From assembly GCA_032718475.1 (NCBI GenBank), contig JAUCBJ010002880.1, forward strand, positions 1 through 64,000: a DNA stretch of 64,000 nt, in the 5' to 3' direction. The notes below the pieces were generated by a model that did no database searches, was not told the origin of the DNA, and saw nothing but the letters and a program-made list of their open reading frames with translations. Shown here piece after piece: positions 12,947 to 26,301 of this stretch. Source of the DNA: Nemertoderma westbladi (Eukaryota > Animalia > Xenacoelomorpha). Each line of letters begins with the position of its first letter. The first letter of the stretch is position 1. The position numbers were made by a program, and so were the translations under genes.

Positions 12947-15175
12947 TACTACTACTACTACTACTACTAGGTCGAACGAACACGGACATTGGAAATGAGA
13001 TCCTTACAGGCTTCCCGATTCTCCATAGTTGTCACAATTTCGTTTCTCTCAAGATCAGTATCCCTTTCAAGTTGATCTATATATGATATGGCCGGTCGTC
13101 CACGACTACGCTTTCCATGAGTTGGTTGCCAGATAAGTAGATCTGGTATGACTTCGTCTTTACTTCTCCAGCAGCAGCAGTGCCCACTGAATCATAATCT
13201 GCGTTCACGGAGGGTGGTTGATACAGGTGGTATTGTACCATAAAGCTCGGCGTTTGTCATGTGTTGTCTCCAGCTGATGTTTAGGGCTGCCCTTAGTAGT
13301 CTTGTGTAGCAACCATCAATTCGGTGTTCAAATTAGTTCCTAACTTCTATGTCCTTTTTGCTACTCTCTATCCATGACCCAAAAGGTACTGGAAGTCGTC
13401 GACCTTCCTTAGTTGATAATTATCAATTGTTGTCAAGTTTCTCTTAACCTTAAATGTCATGAATTCGGTCTTTGTACCATTTATATGCAATCCAACCTCC
13501 TTAGCAGCTGTATCATGCATATAAGTGTGGAGGCCCAACAGATATAGTCAGCGCTTCTCCACAGCCCAGACGAGTGCGAGCAGCTCCAGCTCCACCATCA
13601 CGTACCAGGATTCAGTGTCGGTGACGAACCGAGATCCGCACTCGACGAGTCGCCAGGAGTGGCGCTGGAGCAGCGCGTATCCGAGGCCGTGTAATCGCAA
13701 GGCGTCCGTCTCCTTCACACTGCGCCATGTATCATGCATATATCGCATATAATATATGGTACCGGTACACCAACTACAGTAGGGCCGTGGCTTCATGTAG
13801 GCCGCGGTGTACAGTACTACAGCAAGAGAACCTAAAGACAAAAAAATTCGCCTAGCGCCATCTACAGGTAGCAAGACGTAATAAATCGTAATAAAATAAA
13901 GGCGCAATTACAAATAGTAATGGCGCCAATGTGTCACCTTGCAGCACGCCAGCCAGGATTGAGAAGAACTCAGTTTCACCATCTGGTAAGAGTACCTGGG
14001 CTTCTGTGTCACAATATAATAATCCAATGCCAGCCACAATTACCTCTCGTATTCCATAAGCTCTTAGAATTTCCAGCATTTTACCTCTATGGATTGAGTC
14101 GAATGCTTTCTATGTCAGGTCTAATTCTATATAGAATCATTTTGTTGTATATTTTGGTTGCTACCACAATCATACAGATCCCACGATAGTTTGTTGGTAC
14201 ACCGAGGTCTCCTTTCTTAGGGGGAATTGGTGGTGGTTTTTCCCCTTTCAGCATCCGATTGCAAACAACCAATACTGGTCTTTTTAGCACTCCTGGTTTC
14301 CATACCTCCACTGGGATTTCATCTAATCCACTCGATTTATGATTGGACATGGTTTTAATGCTTCTTTGGAGTTCCGCAGGTGTGAAGTCCCCTGTTTCTA
14401 TAGTTAGCGTCTCGTCATATATTTTCCTTGTAGGGCTGACCTCGATGTTTGGTGGCTGCCCAAGCAAGTTGCTGAAGTGATATTTCCATTTCCCAACACG
14501 TTCTTAAGGACTATCAGCTTTGAGGCGCTTTGAGACGGAAACGTCAAACTTCTACTGTGTAAGCATCCTTTATTGCATTGTCAGTTCTGAGTTTCTCCCA
14601 GTCATAGTTGATTCGCTTGCTTGTCATGGGTTTGCTGGCTCTCAAACTGAGTCAGATCTCTGCAGTCACAATTCTGTTGTGAGAACCAATTAGGTTGAAC
14701 GAACTGTATGCCTCGCAGTTAATCATGCTGTTTCTCCACTTTTTGTATATAAGGATGTAATCCAGTTGTGCTTTGGTTCTATTAGGGTATTGAAAGGTCC
14801 ATCCCTTACTCTTTTCGAATGTGGTGTTTGTTGTTATCAATTCACATTCTTCCTTTATGTCTACGAGTAAGCACCAATTTCTGTTCGAACTGGTGTTATA
14901 GGTGTAACCCTTGATGTCTTCTGGGCCAATTTGAGCATTCTGGTCACCACCAATAACTTTGACGTTGTGTTTCGGAAATTTCCTTTAGAAGTCCAGTCAG
15001 ATCTTCATAAAACTTGACTGCTTGTTCTGGCTCTGAGGCATTGGTTGGACCGTTTATAGATTCGTGCAAATCGGCTTAGCAGAATTCCTAACTCCACCAA
15101 TTGATGCATTGGCCGAATTTCTTACTGCTGAGCTTGTTACTTACGTCCATCCATTTCCAATGTCATTTCCAATAT
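12947..15175 (-). mobile_element. Degenerate RTE-clade-like LINE (APE endonuclease + RT) with (TAG)n tail
   Basis: Fragments GWTFQYPNRTKAQLDYILI (endonuclease), PKKGDLGVPTNYRGI and DGETEFFSILAGVLQGDTLAP (RT). (TAC)n lies at 12947-12969 on the plus strand. Many frameshifts. Confidence 0.85.
13524..13727 (-). mobile_element. Ty3/Gypsy-type RNase H fragment
   Basis: TDALRLHGLGYALLQ...CGSRFVTDTESWYVMVELELLALVWAVEK matches the Ty3/Gypsy RNase H pattern (TDAS..GLG..L.Q....SR.L...E..Y...E.E.LA.VWA). It is flanked by 15-bp direct repeats. Confidence 0.75.
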
Positions 15176-15369
15176 CTTTTAGCAGTCTTTAATTTTAATA
15201 TTCAGATTTTCAGAGTCAGTAATTTTTAATTTGGTAACAATATATTTTTTAGGGGTCCGACAAATTAATTTTTTAGCAGCTTTAAACATTTTTGATTCTT
15301 TACTATGCATATTTTATTTAATTTGACTTTATCCCACCACCACATCATCAGGATATTACTGTAAGTTCG

Positions 15370-15510
15370 CCTAAATTGGAACTAGATTTGCCAAAATTGG
15401 AACTAAATTCATTTCCATTGGCAGATTGGAACTAAATTCGCCAAAATTGGAACTAAATTCGCCAAAATTGGAACTAAATCCTTTTCCATTGGAACTAAAT
15501 TCGCATGAGG
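15370..15510. repeat. 21-bp minisatellite AAAATTGGAACTAAATTCGCC (~6 copies)
   Basis: Seen directly. Confidence 0.8.
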
Positions 15511-15623
15511 CATAATTTGAAACTTAGTACGGGAAATCTTTCAATTGGCCTACAATTATTTTTTTCAATGTATTTTTGTAGCTAGCAAAAAGAACGAGCT
15601 AAATAAATTAAAGCTAAAACTAA

Positions 15624-16329
15624 ATCCTTATAAACAAAAAGTGGAGAAACAGTATGATCAACTGCGAGGCATACAGCTCGTTCAACCTAATTGGTTCGGA
15701 CCACAGAATTGTGACTGCAGAGATCAGACTCAGTTTGAGAGCCAGCAAACCCAGGACAAGCAAGCAAATCAACTATGACTGGGAGAAAATCAGAACTGAC
15801 AATGCAGTAAAGGATGCTTACACAGTAGAAGTTCAAAACCGCTTTGAAGCACTTCAGTCAATGGATGAAGACCAGTCCACCGATTCAATATACCAGAATA
15901 TAATAACAGCCCACAAGGAATCAGCTAAGTGGCATATCCCCCAGAATCCCAAACGAAAACAATATGTGCCATGGCAAAACTCTGAGGTTACTTGTAAGAG
16001 AGAAGATCTTAAGATAGCCTACAAAGTAAAAACCGAACAACAAACAACCGAAAACATTAACAAGGTGGAGAAAGCTAAGGACGATCTTAAATTGCCTACA
16101 ACATCAGCCAGGAAACGTACATACAGGATAAAATTGAAGCAATTACAACTGCTCACATACAGCAACAATCAAGACTTACCTGGCAAACTGTAAATGAGGT
16201 ATCTGGTCGGAAAAGTTGTGCAAAGGGGCGCCTCAAAGCCGATAGTCCTGAAGAACGTGTTGGGAAGTGGAAAAATCACTTCAGCAACTTGCTTGGGCAG
16301 CCACCAAAACATCGAGGTCAGCCCTACAA
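15624..16329 (+). mobile_element. Internal fragment of the same RTE-like LINE family as 12947-15175, opposite orientation
   Basis: ORF 15654-16193 (SDHRIVTAEIRLSLR, endonuclease C-terminus). Near-identical in reverse complement to ~14547-14757 and ~14428-14528. Confidence 0.85.
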
Positions 16330-16464
16330 ACTGAAACTGTGAGAACTGTGAAACTGCTAGACAGCTAGACTATTAATAAAGTCCTGAAGTCAGACAGTTA
16401 CCGGTAATATGTTAAAATGTCTGACTAATCGACACAACCTGCCGGCGACAGGCAGACAGGTACC

Positions 16465-19400
16465 GGTACTACTACTACTAGGATCGGCATGCTGCATTGC
16501 AGGAGGACAGTAGGTAGGGTCAGGATGGAGGCCCCCAAAGAGGAATGAGCATAGTGTCTGCTGACAAGAGTACTGATAAGAGTGTCTGGTTGGAGATGTG
16601 TGCATTGTACTTGACACAATGAACCCGGCGTAGCATTCTTGTGAATGTGCCATCTAGAGATTTGGTGTCCTCAGCAGTTAGAGTCCAGCATGGGCTCCCA
16701 TAGATGAGTACTGGAACTAATGCTGCTCTAAATAATCGGACCTTAAATTTCCAATTAATTCTCGGTGACTTCCAAATCCTAGAAAGCCTATTCAAGGCTG
16801 CCCATGCCTTTCCCTTATGAATTTGAAGGTCCTCACCTGACTTACGGATCCATGATCCCAGGTAACAGAAGTCGTCCACATGCTCACCTTTATTTGAGCT
16901 TGAGCTTATGCTCATCCGGTCAGAGACTTGCTGAGGACTTTCAAAGTTAACTGTCAAAATTTTGGTCTTTCTGGCAGTCTGGAGTTATTAATAAAAAGAC
17001 CAACACTAGAAGCAGCCTGTTCTAATGAGCTGAGGAGCCATTGAGCTCCCTCTAGTGATTCTGAGAGTACTCCAAACTCATCAACAAAGTCTAGATTAGT
17101 TAGGTACTTGGAAGGATTTCCTCGACTTCTGGAGCCAGATGGTGGAGTCATCATCACCACATCATCATTATGATGATCTATGGACATGCGTAGAACATAG
17201 TCAACCACAATTATGAACAAGAATGGTGCAATAAGTGTGTCTCCCTGGAGGACGCCCCATAACACTTCAATGGTTCTGTGTCACCGTCAACAGTAGACAA
17301 AAGTGTTGTGGAACCATCGTATACTGATCTGATCGCTGCATTTCTGAACAAAACCATAATATTACATCTCTGATTGCTGCAATCATTTCATCAGGAATCC
17401 CATATAATGAAAGTATGCTGAACATACATGAGCGAGAGACTGAATCAAAGGCCTTTAAGAAGTCAACAAAGATATCAGATGCCTGTCTTTCTTTTTTGAT
17501 AACTCTTAAATTATCCTTCTAACTGTCTTAAGTGCCATAATAGGCTCCATGGTCCCACGACCTTTATGGAACCCATTCTGATTTCCACGGAGCAGTCTCT
17601 CAATGGGATCCCTGATGCGATTTAATAGAATTCTATTGTATAGCTTTGCAGCAATCGAGTCGAGATCAATGAGATTCCCCGAAAAGAACCATGCATAGAG
17701 TGTTAGGTTGCCCTTCTTGGGAACTGGCACGAACATATTTGTTTTCATTTCTTGTGGGACTCTTGTTGTTCGGTACATGACTACTATGATGGGATAGATG
17801 AGCTTTAAACACTCAGGTATTTTAAAGACCTCAGGGGGAACACCATCTACTCCACTGGTACGATTGGTCTTAGTGCTCTTTGCAGCAGCCTTCACTTCTG
17901 CAAAAGAGATATCGCCAAGGGGAATATCTGGGAGTACAGACTCAGACACTTTTACTTCTATAAAGTTATCAGGCAATACCCTGTCATTATTGATGAGCTT
18001 TTCAAAGTGGGCCTTCCAACCATTGAGGCGATCGGCTGGTGATTCAGCCTTAACCTTGGTGGTTGGTTGGCTTTTCCGCCCAGTAGGCAAGTTGATCGAT
18101 TTCCATACCTGGGATGATTGCCTGCTGTCGTCAGCATCATTGATGGCATCAACCTGTTGGTTTATAGCTCCTGTAGATTAACAGAGTACTGCCTGTTCAG
18201 GGACCTAGATGCAGCATTAACTGCATTCTTGAGCCGCTGTCAGGCTGTAGTCTGTTTGAGTCGGGACTCTTTCTGTGCCTTATAGAGGTCATTTCGGCAC
18301 TTCTGAATTTTGTGGGCAGTCCAGGGGGCCCTTTTCCTGTTTCAAGGGTAGGCCCTATACAGGAACTGTTTCTGCAGCTGCTAACTTAACTGCTTCTGTG
18401 AAGCCAGTATAGCCCTCGCAGTGATCTGCTGCCTCAGAGGCAAGAACCTCATACCTGTTGCTCAGCTGTAGAGTGATGCTGGATCTCACACTTGCAACTT
18501 GGCTGTTGCAACAGGAGAGGACCATAAGTCATGCCGCAGCAAGGCATATTTCATTGTTCTGCTAGCAAGCAGACAAATAAGTCTTACCTTGGCCACAATA
18601 ATACAGTGATCACTGGATAAGGGTCGAAGTGTAAATGCCCTACGAAACAGAATATGGTCTATCTGGGACTTGTGACCACTGGGTCCACTATGAGTCCATC
18701 TCCATTAACATTGGAGGTGTTTCATTGGTTCCCCCAAGCTTGACACTAGAACAAAATCGCCTCCGCTTTGCAGGACATTGCTTTCGCCGTGAGGACCAGC
18801 CAGTGCATAATCTTGTACTTTGGCAGCCTCATGGAGTGAATAAGCATGGTGGACAGCCCATGACTTTCTTGAGACGCATCTTAAAGGACACTGGCCTTAA
18901 AGATGCGGATGATCTAGCAAATGTCATGGGTGATAGGGAGTTGTGGCGGTGCAATTTTGTTGGCAAACCGGCACAGCATTCTTAAAAATGCAGCTGCAAT
19001 GCAGCATGCCGATCCTAGTAGTAGTAGTATCTCCATAGCTTTCCAGTCTGCCAGTTCGCTTCTTGAACTGGTTCCAGCCGAAAATAATCCATTTCCAGAG
19101 ATAAAATCCTGAAGATGGACGGAATTTCGGTTTAACACTATTATTGCTATTATAGACCCAGGACGATGATGTAAGTGATTGATGCAGACTTGCATTAAAG
19201 TCCCCCAGGAATGTTAAGAATGCATGCTGATCCACTCCATCAGTAGCTGCTTGTAGATTGTGGTAGAAATTTTCCTCCTCCTCTACAGGGGCAACACTAG
19301 TTGGAGAGTAGCACACAATCAGAACCACCTTAGGAAACTTCTTAGCCAGTCTTCCAGAACATGAGAAGTGGCAATGGATGTTGCGGTTAGAGATTTGGTC

Positions 19401-19700
19401 TATTTTGTCCAATGCTTCATGTGCAGTTGGATTCATCTGTAGACCAATTCCACCATTGCCAGTTGCCACTACAACCACTATCATCTGTTGATGCGAGGGC
19501 GAGTCGCCAACCGCCCCCCCCATGTCCTTAATCAGAACCTCATCAGTCTGTCCAGTCTGCATTCGGTGCTCTTGAACACCCACTGTGCTAAGAGAAAGCT
19601 TATCTGCCAAGGCAGCCAGCTCACCTTGTCGCATTGCATTGGGGACCCGAGTGTTAGGGTGTTAACTGACTGACTGAGGCTAGTCTAGTGACTTTCCTCA
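16465..19700 (-). mobile_element. Second degenerate RTE-clade-like LINE, near full length, (TAG)n tail
   Basis: VGVQEHR and CYSPT..GDFNA (endonuclease), VPVPKKGNL, NQNGFHKGRGT, GVLQGDTLIAP, DFCYLGSWI. Tail (ACT)n at ~16466-16480. Confidence 0.85.
18706..19028 (+). mobile_element. 5'-truncated copy of the same LINE nested in antisense, 8-bp TSD ATCTCCAT
   Basis: Encodes the RLRFAGHCFRR...DRELWR C-terminus and ends in GCATGCCGATCCTAGTAGTAGTAGT, the reverse complement of ~16466-16500. ATCTCCAT lies at 18698-18705 and 19029-19036. Confidence 0.75.
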
Positions 19701-19985
19701 GATTCGGTAAAGACTGACCTTGGAATTATTGTCAGATTATCTTCTCAGTAGTAATATGGTACCGGTAATGAACTCTTTACTTCACATGTTACCGGTCAAC
19801 CGGTTACCGGTAGATATTAATTTGTAGGCCTACACAGGACATAGAGACAGCAGCACAGGAAACAGGCTGACAGCGACAGGCCGTATGCGTACAGCCTACA
19901 GCCGTACTGACAATCTTGAATGTGGAAGGAGGAACGGACACCAGCAGGCAGCATATAGCTGTATAGGCCTAATGCTGTAGGCCTA

Positions 19986-20093
19986 ATGGATATGGAAGAT
20001 GACGGAGATTCTTTTGTGTTGCCGAGCGGAGAAGACACATCCGATAAACGACGGAAGTCGAACAGACGGAGTGCTGGTATTACGAGAAATAAG
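19986..20093 (+). CDS. DIDO1: DIDO1/PHF3-like gene, putative first coding exon (MDMEDDGDSFVLPSGEDTSDKRRKSNRRSAGITRNK)
   Basis: ATG at 19986, 36 open codons, donor AAG|gtcagg. Phase 0 matches the next exon. Confidence 0.55.
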
Positions 20094-21001
20094 GTCAGGT
20101 TACGTTAGGTTACTGGGTTAGAACCTTAGCCTACTTAGACTAGTAGATAACAGTTGATCTGTTGAATACAGCATTATCTGATTACCGCTACCGGTCCGTT
20201 TGTATCTCCTCTGCGGTCTCTCGAGTCAGAGAGTTGACATTGACAGGTCCTGAATCCTGATGTCACAGTTGAGTCTACAGGCCAGTCATTTAGAATTCTG
20301 GATTAGGCCTATTGTACCGGTAATTGAGGTAACGGTACGGCAGCCGCCAGCCGGCATCTGATTCCATGATTTTCTTTTTACCAGCACCATTTTCTGCATT
20401 AATTTCATTCTGGTGCGCTCAACGAGTTCTCCATGTGTTTGGTAATTATACACTAAAAACAATACAAGAATACCAGTGACTATCACCTTTCCCTTATCCG
20501 ACTGAATCAGTTGTAATTAGGCTAACCAATTGCTACTGTTGAGACTGGGGGTCCTGCGTGTTCGGGTCAGACAGAGGTAGCGGATACATAACTATCTACC
20601 GGTACCTGTACTCAAATAATTATTATCAAGCTTAAACTGTTAAACAAAACTGTAATAATTGAATATTTTATATAAAATTATCTTATATCATAATATATAG
20701 GCCTATTTTACTTATATAACAATAATCTTTTGCGAAATAGCACTTCCCGTATCGTTGCCATTCTTCACATTAGTCGTAATTTTTTTCATATCAATAGAAA
20801 GCTTGAGTTGCAATCAGAAAGTGGCACTATATTACGGGTCATGGTGTATAATGTCCGTATGTTCAAATATTGGTTATACTGTTATGTTACTCCAAGTATA
20901 GTGAAACCCTATCCGACTTAGTTGACTGTAATTTCTAGTAAACCCTACAGAGATATTTATATACCTACATAAATAATTCTTATCATGATATCGTTTTTCA
21001 G

Positions 21002-21109
21002 GATATTGCACTTTCTATACAAGATGAATTGGCTAAGAGTGTTGTTATCTCCGGTAAATCTCATTCTCGGGTTTCAAGTAAGAGAAAAATCACCACTGAA
21101 GTCTCCACG
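21002..21109 (+). CDS. DIDO1: DIDO1/PHF3-like exon 2 (DIALSIQDELAKSVVISGKSHSRVSSKRKITTEVST)
   Basis: Acceptor tcgtttttcag|, donor ACG|gtaagt, 108 nt open, phase 0-0. Confidence 0.65.
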
Positions 21110-21138
21110 GTAAGTTTAATGAACATCTGAAACACTCA

Positions 21139-24100
21139 AACTATCTACATAACCGTATTGAACTATCTACTTAAACCGTATTGAACTATCTACCTAAACC
21201 GTATTGAACTATCTACCTAAACCCTATTGAACTATCTACCTAAACCGTATTGAACTATCTACCTAATCCGTATTGAACTATCTACCTAAACCGTATTGAA
21301 CTATCTACCTAAACCGTATTGAACTATCTACCTAAACCCTATTGAACTATCTACCTAAACCGTATTGAACTATCTACCTAAACCCTATTGAACTATCTAC
21401 ATAAACCGGATTGAACTATCTACCTAAACCGTATTGAACTATCTACCTAAACCCTATTGAACTATCTACATAAACCGGATTGAACTATCTACCTAAACCG
21501 TATTGAACTATCTACCTAAACCCTATTGAACTATCTACCTAAACCGTATTGAACTATCTACCTAAACCCTATTGAACTATCTACATAAACCGTATTGAAC
21601 TATCTACCTAAACCCTATTGAACTATCTACCTAAACCGTATTGAACTATCTACCTAAACCGTATTGAACTATCTACCTAAACCGTATTGAACTATCTACC
21701 TAAACCGTATTGAACTATCTACCTAAACCGTATTGAACTATCTACCTAAACCTATTGAACTATCTACCTAAACCGTATTGAACTATCTACCTAAACCGTA
21801 TTGAACTATCTACCTAAACCGTATTGAACTATCTACCTAAACCGTATTGAACTATCTACCTAAACCGTATTGAACTATCTACCTAAACCGTATTGAACTA
21901 TCTACCTAAACCGTATTGAACTATCTACCTAAACCGTATTGAACTATCTACCTAAACCGTATTGAACTATCTACCTAAACCGTATTGAACTATCTACCTA
22001 AACCGTATTGAACTATCTACCTAAACCGTATTGAACTATCTACCTAAACCGTATTGAACTATCTACCTAAACCGTATTGAACTATCTACCTAAACCGTAT
22101 TGAACTATCTACCTAAACCGTATTGAACTATCTACCTAAACCCTATTGAACTATCTACCTAAACCGTATTGAACTATCTACCTAAACCGTATTGAACTAT
22201 CTACCTAAACCGTATTGAACTATCTACCTAAACCGTATTGAACTATCTACCTAAACCGTATTGAACTATCTACCTAAACCGTATTGAACTATCTACCTAA
22301 ACCGTATTGAACTATCTACCTAAACCGTATTGAACTATCTACCTAAACCCTATTGAACTATCTACCTAAACCGTATTGAACTATCTACCTAAACCCTATT
22401 GAACTATCTACCTAAACCCTATTGAACTATCTACCTAAACCGTATTGAACTATCTACCTAAACCCTATTGAACTATCTACCTAAACCCTATTGAACTATC
22501 TACCTAAACCGTATTGAACTATCTACCTAAACCGTATTGAACTATCTACCTAAACCGTATTGAACTATCTACCTAAACCGTATTGAACTATCTACCTAAA
22601 CCCTATTGAACTATCTACCTAAACCGTATTGAACTATCTACCTAAACCGTATTGAACTATCTACCTAAACCGTATTGAACTATCTACCTAAACCGTATTG
22701 AACTATCTACCTAAACCGTATTGAACTATCTACCTAAACCGTATTGAACTATCTACCTAAACCGTATTGAACTATCTACCTAAACCGTATTGAACTATCT
22801 ACCTAAACCGTATTGAACTATCTACCTAAACCGTATTGAACTATCTACCTAAACCGTATTGAACTATCTACCTAAACCGTATTGAACTATCTACCTAAAC
22901 CGTATTGAACTATCTACCTAAACCGTATTGAACTATCTACCTAAACCGTATTGAACTATCTACCTAAACCGTATTGAACTATCTACCTAAACCGTATTGA
23001 ACTATCTACCTAAACCGTATTGAACTATCTACCTAAACCGTATTGAACTATCTACCTAAACCGTATTGAACTATCTACCTAAACCGTATTGAACTATCTA
23101 CCTAAACCGTATTGAACTATCTACCTAAACCGTATTGAACTATCTACCTAAACCGTATTGAACTATCTACCTAAACCGTATTGAACTATCTACCTAAACC
23201 GTATTGAACTATCTACCTAAACCGTATTGAACTATCTACCTAAACCGTATTGAACTATCTACCTAAACCGTATTGAACTATCTACCTAAACCGTATTGAA
23301 CTATCTACCTAAACCGTATTGAACTATCTACCTAAACCGTATTGAACTATCTACCTAAACCGTATTGAACTATCTACCTAAACCGTATTGAACTATCTAC
23401 CTAAACCGTATTGAACTATCTACCTAAACCGTATTGAACTATCTACCTAAACCGTATTGAACTATCTACCTAAACCGTATTGAACTATCTACCTAAACCG
23501 TATTGAACTATCTACCTAAACCGTATTGAACTATCTACCTAAACCGTATTGAACTATCTACCTAAACCGTATTGAACTATCTACCTAAACCGTATTGAAC
23601 TATCTACCTAAACCGTATTGAACTATCTACCTAAACCGTATTGAACTATCTACCTAAACCGTATTGAACTATCTACCTAAACCGTATTGAACTATCTACC
23701 TAAACCGTATTGAACTATCTACCTAAACCGTATTGAACTATCTACCTAAACCCTATTGAACTATCTACCTAAACCGTATTGAACTATCTACCTAAACCGT
23801 ATTGAACTATCTACCTAAACCGTATTGAACTATCTACCTAAACCGTATTGAACTATCTACCTAAACCGTATTGAACTATCTACCTAAACCGTATTGAACT
23901 ATCTACCTAAACCGTATTGAACTATCTACCTAAACCGTATTGAACTATCTACCTAAACCGTATTGAACTATCTACCTAAACCGTATTGAACTATCTACCT
24001 AAACCGTATTGAACTATCTACCTAAACCGTATTGAACTATCTACCTAAACCGTATTGAACTATCTACCTAAACCCTATTGAACTATCTACCTAAACCGTA

Positions 24101-25403
24101 TTGAACTATCTACCTAAACCCTATTGAACTATCTACCTAAACCGTATTGAACTATCTACCTAAACCGTATTGAACTATCTACCTAAACCGTATTGAACTA
24201 TCTACCTAAACCGTATTGAACTATCTACCTAAACCGTATTGAACTATCTACCTAAACCGTATTGAACTATCTACCTAAACCGTATTGAACTATCTACCTA
24301 AACCGTATTGAACTATCTACCTAAACCGTATTGAACTATCTACCTAAACCGTATTGAACTATCTACCTAAACCGTATTGAACTATCTACCTAAACCGTAT
24401 TGAACTATCTACCTAAACCGTATTGAACTATCTACCTAAACCGTATTGAACTATCTACCTAAACCGTATTGAACTATCTACCTAAACCGTATTGAACTAT
24501 CTACCTAAACCCTATTGAACTATCTACCTAAACCGTATTGAACTATCTACCTAATCCGTATTGAACTATCTTCCTAAACCGTATTGAACTATCTACCTAA
24601 ACCGTATTGAACTATCTACCTAAACCCTATTGAACTATCTACCTAAACCGTATTGAACTATCTACCTAAACCCTATTGAACTATCTACCTAAACCGTATT
24701 GAACTATCTACCTAAACCCTATTGAACTATCTACCTAAACCCTATTGAACTATCTACCTAAACCCTATTGAACTATCTACCTAAACCGTATTGAACTATC
24801 TACCTAATCCGTATTGAACTATCTTCCTAAACCGTATTGAACTATCTACCTAAACCGTATTGAACTATCTACCTAAACCCTATTGAACTATCTACCTAAA
24901 CCGTATTGAACTATCTACCTAAACCCTATTGAACTATCTACCTAAACCGTATTGAACTATCTACCTAAACCCTATTGAACTATCTACCTAAACCGTATTG
25001 AACTATCTACCTAAACCCTATTGAACTATCTACCTAAACCGTATTGAACTATCTACCTAAACCCTATTGAACTATCTACCTAAACCGTATTGAACTATCT
25101 ACCTAAACCCTATTGAACTATCTACCTAAACCGTATTGAACTATCTACCTAAACCCTATTGAACTATCTACCTAAACCGTATTGAACTATCTACATAAAC
25201 CGTATTGAACTATCTACCTAAACCGTATTGAACTATCTACCTAAACCCTATTGAACTATCTACCTAAACCCTATTGAACTATCTACCTAAACCCTATTGA
25301 ACTATCTACCTAAACCCCATTGAACTATCTTCCTAAACCCTATTGAACTATCTACATAAACCGTATTGAACTATCTACCTAAACCGTATTGAACTATCTA
25401 CCT
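21139..25403. repeat. Intronic satellite 1, 23-bp unit AAACCGTATTGAACTATCTACCT (~185 copies)
   Basis: Seen directly. Very homogeneous core, with the G/C variant (CCCTATT) mainly at the edges. Confidence 0.98.
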
Positions 25404-26301
25404 AGCTAGATAAACTCCATAATATATTTAACAACTTACTGTGACCATTTACTTTGGCTCACAATTTACTGAAAATAGAAGACTTACGGTAATTCAGTTT
25501 TCCGAATCCAACTCGCCGAAGAAACCAAACACATTGCAAGTTATATGATTTCTTAATTAATCATCAATTTATGATAGTATTTTTGAAACTGTTATTCTTC
25601 CGTGTGGCTTTAATATCTGCTGTTTTATACGGCTGTGAAGTGAATCTTGGCTCGGCTCGAAGCAAAATAAACTTTGCAACTTTGTTTCGGAGTCCGACCT
25701 GCGTGACTTGGGGTCAGGTTATCCAACCCCAGGGTCATTTATTCTAGAACAGTAAACTCGGAGTTTAGTTTCCGTGATGTCGGAGCCTCACCTACATGAG
25801 CCTTTAATGTTCACCATTGAGGTCTGCACTGCATGTCTGCCGGCACACATGGCTAACAGGATAGAGGAACTGATCAACAATGCTTGCAACAAGAGAAACC
25901 CCATCACAGAATGCGAATACAGAGTGAAAGCTATTGTAAAAATACTCTCAGACCACGGTTTGAGCTACGAGGTATTCTACTTACCTATGTATGAACCCGA
26001 CTTTATCTACTCCCGAAATTTATTTCCGGTCGGGTTGCTTAATTGAACTTGATCGGATAGCCTGGACCGAATTCCCACTAATGTCAACCAGACTGCCAGC
26101 GGAGTTGGGTTGGGAAGATGGAGTCGTGCTAGTTACGTTGCACAGTTGTGCAAATACGGTGACGCACACACAGAGATCATATAATTGTTAGTTTCCAGCT
26201 GCAACACCGAGAGGTCCACCTACCTAAAACACCCTATTTCCTGTGTGACCTGATGGAGCCGGTCTTATATTAAACAACTTAATGAATGATATTGGATAGG
26301 A

